A DNA stretch of 64,000 nt. It comes from an uncultured Enterobacteriaceae bacterium (lineage in GTDB: Bacteria; Myxococcota_A; UBA796; SXON01). Where the stretch lies: assembly GCA_964457335.1 (NCBI GenBank), contig CAYWGD010000023.1, positions 1,127 through 65,126 on the forward strand, given 5' to 3'. Position numbers and translations under genes: made by a program. This document shows positions 48,587 to 56,185 of the stretch, one piece after another; within the stretch, counting starts at the first letter, position 1; each line of letters begins with the position of its first letter. The notes under the pieces were generated by a model. The model was given only the letters and a program-made list of their open reading frames with translations, did no database searches and was not told the origin of the DNA.

Positions 48587-48654
48587 TGCAATAACACCCT
48601 TCACGCTCAGTCTATCCCGCTCGGGTCCCCCCACCGGCGGGCTCCGGAGGTCCC

Positions 48655-49110
48655 ATGCTCGTCGCCCTCGCCCTGATGCTGTCCGGCTGCACTTCGACCG
48701 AGAAGGAGGAGGATCCCGCCGCGCACGCCTGCGAGCAGGTGGCCGAGGCCGGAACCGCGGTGGCCGCGGGCGCCGATCCCGCTGCGGCCGGCGCCATCAC
48801 CATCGGGGAGGCGCCCTTCACGGTCACGCTCGTGGACTCGGCCCCTGGCTACGTCTCGGTGGAGGTGACCGGGGACACGGCGGCGCTCCTGTTCCTCGAC
48901 ACGGCGGACGTCGCGGCCTCGCTCTGGCACGGCGACGAGGAGGTGGGCCTGCCCGACCCGGCGCCGAACGAGCTCTGCCCGGACGAGATCCCGGAGCACT
49001 ACGACCTCGACTTCCACGAGGCGGGGACGTGGACGCTCGAGCTCGGCCCGGCGGCGGTCCCGGACGTGTGGCTGCTCCTGATCTCGGCCGAAGGGCACGG
49101 GCACGAGTAG
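48655..49110 (+). CDS. Small lipoprotein, possibly metal-related
   Basis: Lipobox LMLSGC. 151 aa, acidic, ends …SAEGHGHE. Divergent from the Fur-family gene and downstream of the candidate operator. Function is inferred from context only. Confidence 0.6.
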   Translation: MLVALALMLSGCTSTEKEEDPAAHACEQVAEAGTAVAAGADPAAAGAITIGEAPFTVTLVDSAPGYVSVEVTGDTAALLFLDTADVAASLWHGDEEVGLPDPAPNELCPDEIPEHYDLDFHEAGTWTLELGPAAVPDVWLLLISAEGHGHE

Positions 49111-49189
49111 CCGCCCGCTGGCGTCGCGCCGCCCATTCGCAGCGGATGGGTTGACGACGCCCGGGGTGCTCGATAATAAGCGGCCCGTT

Positions 49190-49267
49190 CGGGGTGTAGC
49201 GCAGCCTGGCTAGCGCGTCTGGTTCGGGACCAGAAGGTCGTGGGTTCGAATCCCGCCACCCCGACCA
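49190..49267 (+). tRNA. tRNA-Pro (anticodon CGG)
   Basis: Cloverleaf by hand: acceptor CGGGGTG/CACCCCG, D stem GCGC/GCGC, anticodon stem TCTGG/CCAGA with loop TTCGGGA, T stem GTGGG/CCCGC with loop TTCGAAT, discriminator A and encoded CCA. Confidence 0.95.
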
Positions 49268-49273
49268 TCCTGT

Positions 49274-49320
49274 GAAGGCCCGTCCGAGTCGTGAGATTCG
49301 GGCGGGCCTTCCTCGTTTTT
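49274..49320 (+). terminator. Rho-independent terminator after tRNA-Pro
   Basis: 14-bp stem gaaggcccgtccga / tcgggcgggccttc (one G-U pair) followed by ctcgttttt. Confidence 0.8.
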
Positions 49321-49627
49321 CGGGGTTCGATGTCCTGGTGGCGTTCGGGACCACGCCACCGCGAGCAAGGTGCAACCTGCCTTTCGCGGTTCGAAACCAG
49401 TCAGCGCTCGCCCGCCATCGGCCTCGCCGCCGTCGGCTCGCCCCCAAGATCCACCAGCGTCGGAGCGCGGCGCACATTCGCGATCGCCGAGGCCGCTGCT
49501 CGCCAGCCTCGTCTGCAGGTAGGACGCGCGGCCGTCACCGGCGGCCGCCCGCTACGCTCGGACCGTCACGCCCGTCGAGGCACACCAGCCCGCCAGCCCC
49601 AAGCGCGGCGAGCGCCATCTGTCTGAG

Positions 49628-50035
49628 TCAGCGCGCGCGCCGGTAGTGCATTGCGACCGCGCCGCTGCGGAGCGGCTTCGCCGAGACCAGCTCGAGCCGT
49701 CGCGTGCTGGGCAGCCCGCTCTGGTACAGGGTCGGGCCGTGGCCGGCGATCCTGGGGTGGACGAGGAACTTGTACTCGTCGATCAGATCCAGCCGGTCCA
49801 GCTCGGTCGCGAGCTTGCCGCTACCGAGGAGCACGCCGGCCGGGGTCGCGTCCTTGAGCTTCTGCACGCCCGTGCGCAGGTCGCCGGCGATGTGGTGGCT
49901 GTTGGTCCACGGGAAGTCCTTTCGCGTCGACGACACCACGTACTTCGGCTTGGCCTCCAGCTTGACCGCCCACTCGCGCATCGCCGGCGGCGCCTCCTCG
50001 TCGCCGCGGGCGACCGCCGGTCGTCGAGAAGGTCG
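49628..50035 (-). pseudogene. RibD_C/dihydrofolate-reductase-like family gene, N-terminally truncated
   Basis: The C-terminal roughly 130 aa are recognisable (…KPKYVVSSTRKDFPWTNSHHIAGDL…LKDATPAGVLLGSGKLATEL…LIDEYKFLVHPRIAGHGPTLY). The expected N-terminal roughly 50-60 aa are missing, and the vapC gene ends at 50040. Confidence 0.6.
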
Positions 50036-50039
50036 ATGC

Positions 50040-50441
50040 TCACCGGGCCGGCCCGAGCTCATCCAGGGTCCGAATCCGCCCGACTCCAGGCGCGTAGCCC
50101 GCGAGAGCGCGAAGGTCGTCTGGGTCACTGGTGAGTACGTCGTCCTTCCGGTCGGCTGCCGACCGGACCACGAACGCATCCACCACGTCGGCGGTCCCAG
50201 CGCGGGCAGAGAGCTCCCCGGTACGTCTCGATCCGTTCGCGTCGAACGGCACCTCACGACACCCATCGAGGACGATCGCCAGCCGCACATCGCGCGGGCC
50301 GCGCCATGCCTGCGCCACGACGGGCGACGGAACCGAGGCCACCAACCCCTTCGACGTCAGCCACTTCCACCAGACCCAGAACCGGCGGTCGTCACGGCCC
50401 GCCGCGATCAAGGCGCCCGTGTCGAGCGTCACTCCCGCCAT
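50040..50441 (-). CDS. vapC: PIN-domain toxin (VapC-like)
   Basis: 133 aa. N-terminal TLDTGALIA (first acidic PIN residue context), …DAFVV…LTSDPDDL. Overlaps the upstream antitoxin gene by 13 nt. Confidence 0.75.
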   Translation of the reverse strand: MAGVTLDTGALIAAGRDDRRFWVWWKWLTSKGLVASVPSPVVAQAWRGPRDVRLAIVLDGCREVPFDANGSRRTGELSARAGTADVVDAFVVRSAADRKDDVLTSDPDDLRALAGYAPGVGRIRTLDELGPAR

Positions 50442-50647
50442 GCGCGCTCCGTCGCCGCGAGCTCGTCGTCAGTGATCTCCCCATGCTCGCGCTCCCACGC
50501 CGCGATGGCCAGCGACGCGTTGCGGAGGAGGAGGCGAGACTCGGCCGCCCGCGCGAGCCACGCCGAGAGAGTCGAGCCATCGGCTTGGGCCGCGTCGCGG
50601 ATGCGAGCGGCGAGGTCTTCCGGAAGGGAGAGGGAGAGGCGTTCCAT
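50429..50647 (-). CDS. vapB: Ribbon-helix-helix (CopG/VapB-like) antitoxin
   Basis: 72 aa. MERLSLSLPEDLAARIRDAA… is a typical RHH N-terminus. Sits upstream of and overlaps the PIN gene. Confidence 0.7.
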   Translation of the reverse strand: MERLSLSLPEDLAARIRDAAQADGSTLSAWLARAAESRLLLRNASLAIAAWEREHGEITDDELAATERAWRE

Positions 50648-50845
50648 GCGGCCATCATACGACCGTAATACGGGGCCGTCAACGGGTCGCCGCGCTTGAC
50701 GACCTCAGGAACACGCAGCCTCGAACCCGAGCATCCTCTCGCTGGACCATCCCCTCGGATCCAGCCACCAAGTTCGATGAGCATTCGGCCACCCCGACCA
50801 TCGATGGAACGCCCTCGGATCGCCGCCCTCGAGTTCGTGCAAGCG

Positions 50846-51299
50846 TGACGGAACAGCGTCTCCGTGAGGGTGGCGCCCTTCACCTTGCGTTCAAGGGCAA
50901 CGCCGAACGACGTGGTGCGGGCGCGCGCGGAGCGTGCCCGCGGGCGTGGGCACGCGACCGTGAAGCCATCGTCCGTCGCGCCCACCTGCGGGCCGAGGGG
51001 CCACCGGGCCCGCCGCCCATCCCGCCCCCTGGTAGGCCGCCCCCCATGCTACCCGCCGGGGGTGCGCCGCCCATCCCACCCCCTGGTAGGCCGCCCCCCA
51101 TGCTACCCGCCGGGGGTGCGCCGCCCATCCCACCCCCTGGTGGGCCACCGCCTGATCCAGGGGGCCCCCCTCCCGGAGCCGGCGCGAACGCGGCGACTGC
51201 CGCCTCGGCCGGGTCGCTCCGTGCCTGATCGAGTCGCCCCGTACCCGCAAGGTCATCGGCGGGACCGGCGAGCGCGCTCGCGAGGATGAGGAACCACAC
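50846..51299 (-). pseudogene. Decayed paralog of the PGGGMGGG-repeat secreted protein (compare 60378-61097)
   Basis: GTG 51299 gives VWFLILASALAGPADDLAG…(GGMGGAPPAGSMGGGLPG)n in one frame. The homologous C-terminal part (QVGATDDGFTVA…SFGVALERKVKGATLTETLFR) is in another frame, has an internal deletion, and loses homology after about 50846. Confidence 0.7.
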
Positions 51300-51307
51300 A
51301 GCGGCTC

Positions 51308-52906
51308 CTACTCGGGCACCGCCGCCTGGACGGCGTCGTGACGTTGCCGCACGTGCGCGTTCATGTCGGCGAGCGCCGCGTCCCAATCGGCCTCGGAGGT
51401 CAAGAAGGTGCTCCCCTCGACCTCCCCGTCAGCGCCGAAGAGCGAGGGACGGACGATCTCGGCGAGCTCGGCCGCGCGCGTCTCGAAGGAGTCGACGCCG
51501 TACGCCCCCTCGAGCGCCTCGGACAGGTACTGCCGGTACGTTGCGGCGTAGGTCGGGTCGTCGAGCACCCGTCGGATCATCGGCCAATCGTCGCCGACAT
51601 CGTCCAGCAGGGGGTCCGAGCCGCCCCCCATACCGCCGCCGGCCATCAGGCTCAGGTTGTGGTCCCAGGGAATCCACGCCAGCCGCCCACCGTCGGTGGG
51701 TACGCCGTAGAGGTAGTAGTTGTGGGCCATGCTCCCATAGGCGTCCCAGTTGTCGATGGCCGTGTTGACGGCGAGCCAGCGCAGGAATCCGTCCACGTCG
51801 GCGGTCGCCTCGAGCTCCGCGCGCCAGCTCGCGGTGTCACCTTCGCCGCTACCCAGCGCGGCGACCAGGGCCTCGACGTCGGACCAATCCTCGTCCTTTT
51901 CGTTCGACTTCTTCGCGAAGGTCTCCTCATCGAAGCAGGCGAGCGTCGCGCAGTCCCCGTCCGGCTTGTAGAGGTTGCCTGCGTCATCGCCGAAGACCCG
52001 TGTCATCATCGCGTCCGAGGGATCCTCCATCATCGTGTAGAGGCCGAGGTACTGCGCTCCCTCGCCGGCATCGAGGTAGACCGCGTAGAAGGCATTGCGC
52101 GCGGCCGGGACACCACGATCCTCGAGGATCTCGCTGGCCAGCACCTCGTGCAGCAGCGTCGAGTCGCCCTGCCCGCTTCCGAAGGTCAGCTCCTTGAAGC
52201 CGAAGAAGCGCTGGTCCTCGACTTCGGGCCGGTCGTCCTCGTAGCGGTCGAAGTCGAGTCGGAAGGGGAGCTTCGTTACACCCGCCTGCCACGCCGAGAT
52301 GAGCGTGGCATTCCCCTTGAAGCGCATCCCGACGCTGCACCAGGTCTGGCCGTCCGCCTGCACCGTCACCGCGTGGTAGCTGGGATCCGACGGCAGGAAG
52401 GACAGATCCCCCCCGCCCCCATCCATGCCACCGTCGCCGTCCGGGACGCAGACGAGCGCGTCCCCCTGGCGCTGGCAGGTGCCTTCGAGGTCCATCCCAC
52501 CCATGTCGATCGCGCAGGCGTCGCCCTCGGAGAGACCGTCACACGCGGCTTCCATCGCCTCGCTCATCCCGCCCATCCCGGTGTCGAAACCGTCCGGCGG
52601 GCCGTCTTCGCCAAGGTCCCCGCCACCGCCGAGGCCGCCGCCTGAGCCGAACGCCGAGCCGGAGAGCGCCTCGAGCTCGGCATACATCGCCGCGTAGTCC
52701 TCGGCTGCGATGGTGATGTCCACGCGGTGGACGGCGGACTTGTCGAACACGCCGTCGTAGTCCGGTGTGTCGAGCTTGCCGTGGGTCGCCTCGGTCCAGG
52801 AGGCCGTTCGGTCGCCGACGACGTCGCAATCGCCGGTCCCCTCGTCGTGGGCATCCGTGGGATCGGGAGCCTGCGAACAGGCGGAGAGGAGCAGGAGGAT
52901 GTGCAT
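51308..52906 (-). CDS. CotH-family (atypical kinase fold) lipoprotein
   Basis: Lipobox LLLLSAC. Blocks …FRLDFDRYEDD…FKELTFGSGQGDSTLLHEVLASEI…YAVYLDAGEGAQYLGLYTMMEDP…NLYKPDG…WLAVNTAIDNWDAY…HNYYLY…WIPWDHN are typical of CotH proteins. Confidence 0.8.
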   Translation of the reverse strand: MHILLLLSACSQAPDPTDAHDEGTGDCDVVGDRTASWTEATHGKLDTPDYDGVFDKSAVHRVDITIAAEDYAAMYAELEALSGSAFGSGGGLGGGGDLGEDGPPDGFDTGMGGMSEAMEAACDGLSEGDACAIDMGGMDLEGTCQRQGDALVCVPDGDGGMDGGGGDLSFLPSDPSYHAVTVQADGQTWCSVGMRFKGNATLISAWQAGVTKLPFRLDFDRYEDDRPEVEDQRFFGFKELTFGSGQGDSTLLHEVLASEILEDRGVPAARNAFYAVYLDAGEGAQYLGLYTMMEDPSDAMMTRVFGDDAGNLYKPDGDCATLACFDEETFAKKSNEKDEDWSDVEALVAALGSGEGDTASWRAELEATADVDGFLRWLAVNTAIDNWDAYGSMAHNYYLYGVPTDGGRLAWIPWDHNLSLMAGGGMGGGSDPLLDDVGDDWPMIRRVLDDPTYAATYRQYLSEALEGAYGVDSFETRAAELAEIVRPSLFGADGEVEGSTFLTSEADWDAALADMNAHVRQRHDAVQAAVPE

Positions 52907-52916
52907 CGGAACCTCG

Positions 52917-52932
52917 GCAACAGACTAGCAAC
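52917..52932. promoter_or_regulatory. GCAAC direct repeat (11-nt spacing) just upstream of the CotH-like gene
   Basis: gGCAACagactaGCAACgagg lies between the CotH start (52906) and the kinase stop (52987). A similar tandem GCAAC pair occurs at 54304-54323. Confidence 0.3.
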
Positions 52933-52986
52933 GAGGGGCCGACGATTCTGTGAGCGGAGGGCTTCGAATTGTTGCGGAGTGTAGCG

Positions 52987-54234
52987 TCAGCCCGCATCCG
53001 GAGGCGCGGCGGGCCATTCGAGCACGAAGCTCGCGCCGCCGCCCGCGTGCGACTCGGCGAACACGCGCCCGCGGTGCCGTTCGGCCGCCCGACGGACGAT
53101 CGCGAGCCCGAGGCCCACGCCGCCGCGCTCGCGTGACCGGCTGGGGTCGAGTCGCGCGAAGGGCTCGAAGATCCGCTCGACGTCCGCGAGCGGGATCCCC
53201 GGGCCGTCGTCCTGCACCCGGACGTTCACGATGTCCGCGGCCGTGGTGACACCGACGACCACCCAGGACTGGGCGTGCTCGGCGGCGTTGCGGAGGAGAT
53301 TCCCGACCGCGCGGCGGAACAGGCGGGCATCGCCGCGTGCGAGCAGGCGGGACGGCAGGACACATCGCAGCCGATCGTCGGCGAGGGACTCGACCTCGCG
53401 ACGGATGGCCTCCCCGGCGTCGAAGACCTCGAGCTCCGCGCAGCCGCGCGGTCCGTCGAGCTGTACCCAATCCACCAGCTCCGCGGTGAGGCGATCCAGC
53501 TCGTCGAGATCGATCCGCAGGGCGTCCACGCGTCCCTTGGCGTCCTCGGGCAACCGGGCGCGCAGGAGCTCCACGTGGAGCGCTACGCGGGACAGCGGGG
53601 TGCCAAGCTCGTGCGCGACCGCGTGCAGGAGCTCTTCCCGGTCCCGCATCCGGCGTTGCAGCGTGGAGGCCATGCGATCGAAGCCCGCGCCGAGGCGGCC
53701 GACGAGGTCCGCCCGTGGGTCCCCGACCCGGGCGTCCAGCTGCCCGCCCTGGAGCGCATCCATCGCCGACTCGATCGCCTCCAGCCGCCTCGCGAGGGGC
53801 CACACCACTCCCAGCGCCGCCCCCGAGACGAGAACCCCGGAGACCAGGATCCCCACGATGACGGCAACGTGGTCGGGCGCCGGGACGTCGAGCGGGCCCA
53901 CCACCAACTGGTTCCGTCCCTCGTCGAGCGGGAGGTAGAACCGCGCACCGCCCGGCCCGAAGCGGGGTCTCGGCTCCGGCTCGGGCGGACTCGCGGCCTC
54001 GAGCGCCAGCGGAAGCTCGACCTGCCTGCGGAGCCGCTCCAGCTCCGCGGGCCGATCCGCCGGGTCGAGCGCGTCGAGGCGACGTTGGGCGGCGCCGAGT
54101 CCGGCCTTCAGCAGGAGGCCGGGGAAGGGGTCGTCCCTCGTCCGGTGAGGCAGGGCGACGGCGGCGAAGACCAGCGAGCAGCCGACCACCACGGCCGCCA
54201 TGATGGCGGCCACGCGCAGGACGAGCGCCCTCAC
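52987..54234 (-). CDS. Sensor histidine kinase (TM-HAMP-HisKA-HATPase, EnvZ/CusS class)
   Basis: H-box LLHAVAHELGTPLS. N, G1 and G2 boxes (NLLRNAAEHA, DDGPGIP, GGVGLGLAIV). Start taken at GTG 54234 (VRALVLRVAAIMAAVVVG…); the ORF stays open up to 54375. Confidence 0.85.
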   Translation of the reverse strand: MRALVLRVAAIMAAVVVGCSLVFAAVALPHRTRDDPFPGLLLKAGLGAAQRRLDALDPADRPAELERLRRQVELPLALEAASPPEPEPRPRFGPGGARFYLPLDEGRNQLVVGPLDVPAPDHVAVIVGILVSGVLVSGAALGVVWPLARRLEAIESAMDALQGGQLDARVGDPRADLVGRLGAGFDRMASTLQRRMRDREELLHAVAHELGTPLSRVALHVELLRARLPEDAKGRVDALRIDLDELDRLTAELVDWVQLDGPRGCAELEVFDAGEAIRREVESLADDRLRCVLPSRLLARGDARLFRRAVGNLLRNAAEHAQSWVVVGVTTAADIVNVRVQDDGPGIPLADVERIFEPFARLDPSRSRERGGVGLGLAIVRRAAERHRGRVFAESHAGGGASFVLEWPAAPPDAG

Positions 54235-54303
54235 GGGCGCCTCTTGTGACAGGTCGTGTACATCTCGCGAACCTACCGCCCCGGGCGCCCCCGAAGTCGC
54301 GCC

Positions 54304-54323
54304 GCAACGCTTCGCAACGGTTC
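54304..54323. promoter_or_regulatory. Tandem 10-nt direct repeat GCAACG(C/G)TTC x2 in the divergent kinase/exbB intergenic region
   Basis: gcaacgcttc gcaacggttc (followed by gctgcac). The helical-turn spacing is typical of OmpR/PhoB-family binding sites. Confidence 0.3.
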
Positions 54324-54405
54324 GCTGCACATCCCCGACAGGCGGCACCCGGCCGCGACGGTACACCCACGCCACTCATCGACCGACCCGTGTGTGGAGG
54401 CAGGT

Positions 54406-55065
54406 GTGCTCGAACAGAAGGTCCTCGCCCTGGCCCTCACCGGCACGACGGGCATCCTGTGGCTCCTTGTCGCGCTGTCGATCGTCTGCCTCGCCGTAGC
54501 CGTCGAACGCGGCATCGTCCTCGCGCTCGCCGGGCGGGACACCGCCTCCATCGATCGGGCGGTCGCCAGGTACGTGACGGAGGGCGACCCGGCACCCCTC
54601 TCCGCGTCGCTCCGCGTCACGGAGACGGCCGCCACGCGCGTCCTCCGCGCGACGCTCGCCGCCCTGCCCCACGGGGCGGCGACCGTGGACGAGGAGCTGA
54701 CGAGCGCGCTGATCACGGAGCGGGCGCGGCTGGACCGAGGCCTCGCGATCCTCGGCACGACGGGCTCGAACGCTCCCTTCATCGGCCTCCTCGGCACCGT
54801 CCTCGGGATCGTCCGCGCCTTCCACGAGCTCGCCGCCAACACCAGCGCCGGCAATTCCGCCGTCATGGCGGGGATTTCGGAGGCGCTCGTCGCCACCGCG
54901 GTGGGCCTGTTCGTGGCGATTCCGGCGGTCGTCCTGTACAACGCCCTGCAGCGCCGGGTGAAGTCCCTCCTCGCGCACGCCGAAGCCGCGGCCCACCGGG
55001 TGTCCGGGCGCGCCCGGTCGAGCCAGGACGAACCCACGGCCGCCGCCCCCCGGTTGGTGCCGTGA
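54406..55065 (+). CDS. exbB: MotA/TolQ/ExbB proton-channel protein
   Basis: GTG 54406 after GGAGG. GSNAPFIGLLGTVLGIV…AGISEALVATAVGLFVAIPAVVLYN is the canonical ExbB/TolQ block. Confidence 0.85.
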   Translation: MLEQKVLALALTGTTGILWLLVALSIVCLAVAVERGIVLALAGRDTASIDRAVARYVTEGDPAPLSASLRVTETAATRVLRATLAALPHGAATVDEELTSALITERARLDRGLAILGTTGSNAPFIGLLGTVLGIVRAFHELAANTSAGNSAVMAGISEALVATAVGLFVAIPAVVLYNALQRRVKSLLAHAEAAAHRVSGRARSSQDEPTAAAPRLVP

Positions 55066-55490
55066 TGGGCGCGCGCCTCGACTCGGACGACGACATCGTC
55101 ACCGAGATCAACGTCACGCCGCTGGTCGACGTCGTCCTCGTCGTGCTCGTCATCTACATGGTGACGGCGAGCGCGCTCGGGAAGCAGGCCCTGCCGGTCG
55201 ACCTCCCCCGGGCGAGCACCGGCGAGCAGGTCGAGGCGCCCCGCACGCTCTCGGTGACGCTCGGCGGAGATGGGCAGATCGCGGTGGACGGCGTGCCGTC
55301 GTCGGCGGACGCGTTCGTCGCGGCGCTCCGGGAGGCCCACCGGTCGTCCGCCGACCTGACCGTCCTCGTGGCGGCGGACACGCACGCCGAGCACGGCCGC
55401 GTGGTCTGGGTGCTGGACACCGTCCGGGCGGAGGGCATCGATCACTTCGCCGTCCAGGTCGACCCGGCCGGGGGCATCGCCCCCCGATGA
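55065..55490 (+). CDS. exbD: ExbD/TolR biopolymer transport protein
   Basis: The ATG overlaps the exbB stop. EINVTPLVDVVLVVLVIYMV is the canonical ExbD N-terminus. Confidence 0.85.
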   Translation: MGARLDSDDDIVTEINVTPLVDVVLVVLVIYMVTASALGKQALPVDLPRASTGEQVEAPRTLSVTLGGDGQIAVDGVPSSADAFVAALREAHRSSADLTVLVAADTHAEHGRVVWVLDTVRAEGIDHFAVQVDPAGGIAPR

Positions 55491-56185
55491 GGTCCGTCGG
55501 GAGGTTCGCCCCCGCAGCGGGTGTGTGCGTCTCGCTCGCGACGCACGCGGTGCTGCTGCTCTTGTCCGTGGCTTCGCCCCCGCCCCCGCCGGCCCCGCCC
55601 GCGCGCGTACGGATCGAGCTGCGTGCGGCCGTCCCGCCGCCCCCGCCACCGCCGCCACCCCAGGTCCCGACGCCGCCTCGCGCCAAATCGATGGCCGCCC
55701 GGCGCCACCCCTCCGAACCCGCGCCTCAGGCTCCCGCACCGCCGACGCCGGCAGTCGCGCCGTCCGCGACGCCGGTCCCCTTGATGGTCCCCAGCCTCTC
55801 CGCGACATCGTTCTCGCCGACGGGAGGCTTCGCGGTGCCCGTGGGCGGAGGGGGCGGCGCGCCCGCGACCGCACCATCCGGGTCCGGGAGCGGGGGCGAC
55901 GGGGGTGGACCGGACGAGCCGGCACGCGTCCGCTCCAAGCCGGTGCTCGATGTGCCCGAGGCCGCGCGCGTCGCCCGCGTCGAGGGCTCGTGGACCATCC
56001 TCGTCGACGTGGACGCCGAGGGGCGCCCCGTCCGCGCGCGCGCGGCGGCCCCGATCGGATGGGGGCTCGACGAGGCGTGCGCGGAGGCGTGGATGCGCTC
56101 GCGCTGGCGCGCGGCCCGATCGGGGGGCGTGCCGGTGGCCTCGTCTGGGAACCCCGTCCGTTGCACCGTCAGGGAGCAGAAATGA
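55487..56185 (+). CDS. tonB: TonB-like energy transducer
   Basis: N-terminal TM, Pro-rich spacer (PPPPPAPP…[15 protein letters not shown]), and a C-terminal TonB_C-like block (…AARVARVEGSWTILVDVDAEGRPV…). Confidence 0.75.
   Translation: MRSVGRFAPAAGVCVSLATHAVLLLLSVASPPPPPAPPARVRIELRAAVPPPPPPPPPQVPTPPRAKSMAARRHPSEPAPQAPAPPTPAVAPSATPVPLMVPSLSATSFSPTGGFAVPVGGGGGAPATAPSGSGSGGDGGGPDEPARVRSKPVLDVPEAARVARVEGSWTILVDVDAEGRPVRARAAAPIGWGLDEACAEAWMRSRWRAARSGGVPVASSGNPVRCTVREQK

Larger units (their letters stand above)
49270..50802. mobile_element. Degraded tRNA-Pro-associated insertion (no integrase left) bounded by a duplicated tRNA 3' end
   Basis: The 15-nt sequence gccaccccgaccatc occurs at 49255-49269 (tRNA 3' end) and again at 50788-50802. 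The second copy is preceded by a degenerate T-arm-like aagttcga. The segment contains a DHFR-like gene remnant and a vapBC module. Confidence 0.5.

Noticed and set aside
49321-49400. Possible second, degenerate tRNA. There is a T-loop-like ggggttcgatg, and a hairpin at 49337-49360 whose loop region shares the 11-mer gttcgggacca with the tRNA-Pro anticodon arm.
   Set aside because: The elements are in the wrong order and register for a cloverleaf. There is no acceptor or D arm, and the stem does not place CGG in a 7-nt loop. Treated as an unexplained hairpin inside the decayed insertion.
50990-51190. CRISPR-like or other non-coding tandem arrays. Other candidates were checked at 60780-60960, 59130-59180, 32440-32520, 24000-24090, 43597-43887 and 30200-31900.
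   Set aside because: All periodic DNA found is in frame within coding sequence (PGGGMGGG, GPPDT, DT, QKGSDGG, 15-aa Cys repeats, 23-aa LRRs). None has the repeat-spacer organisation of a CRISPR array.
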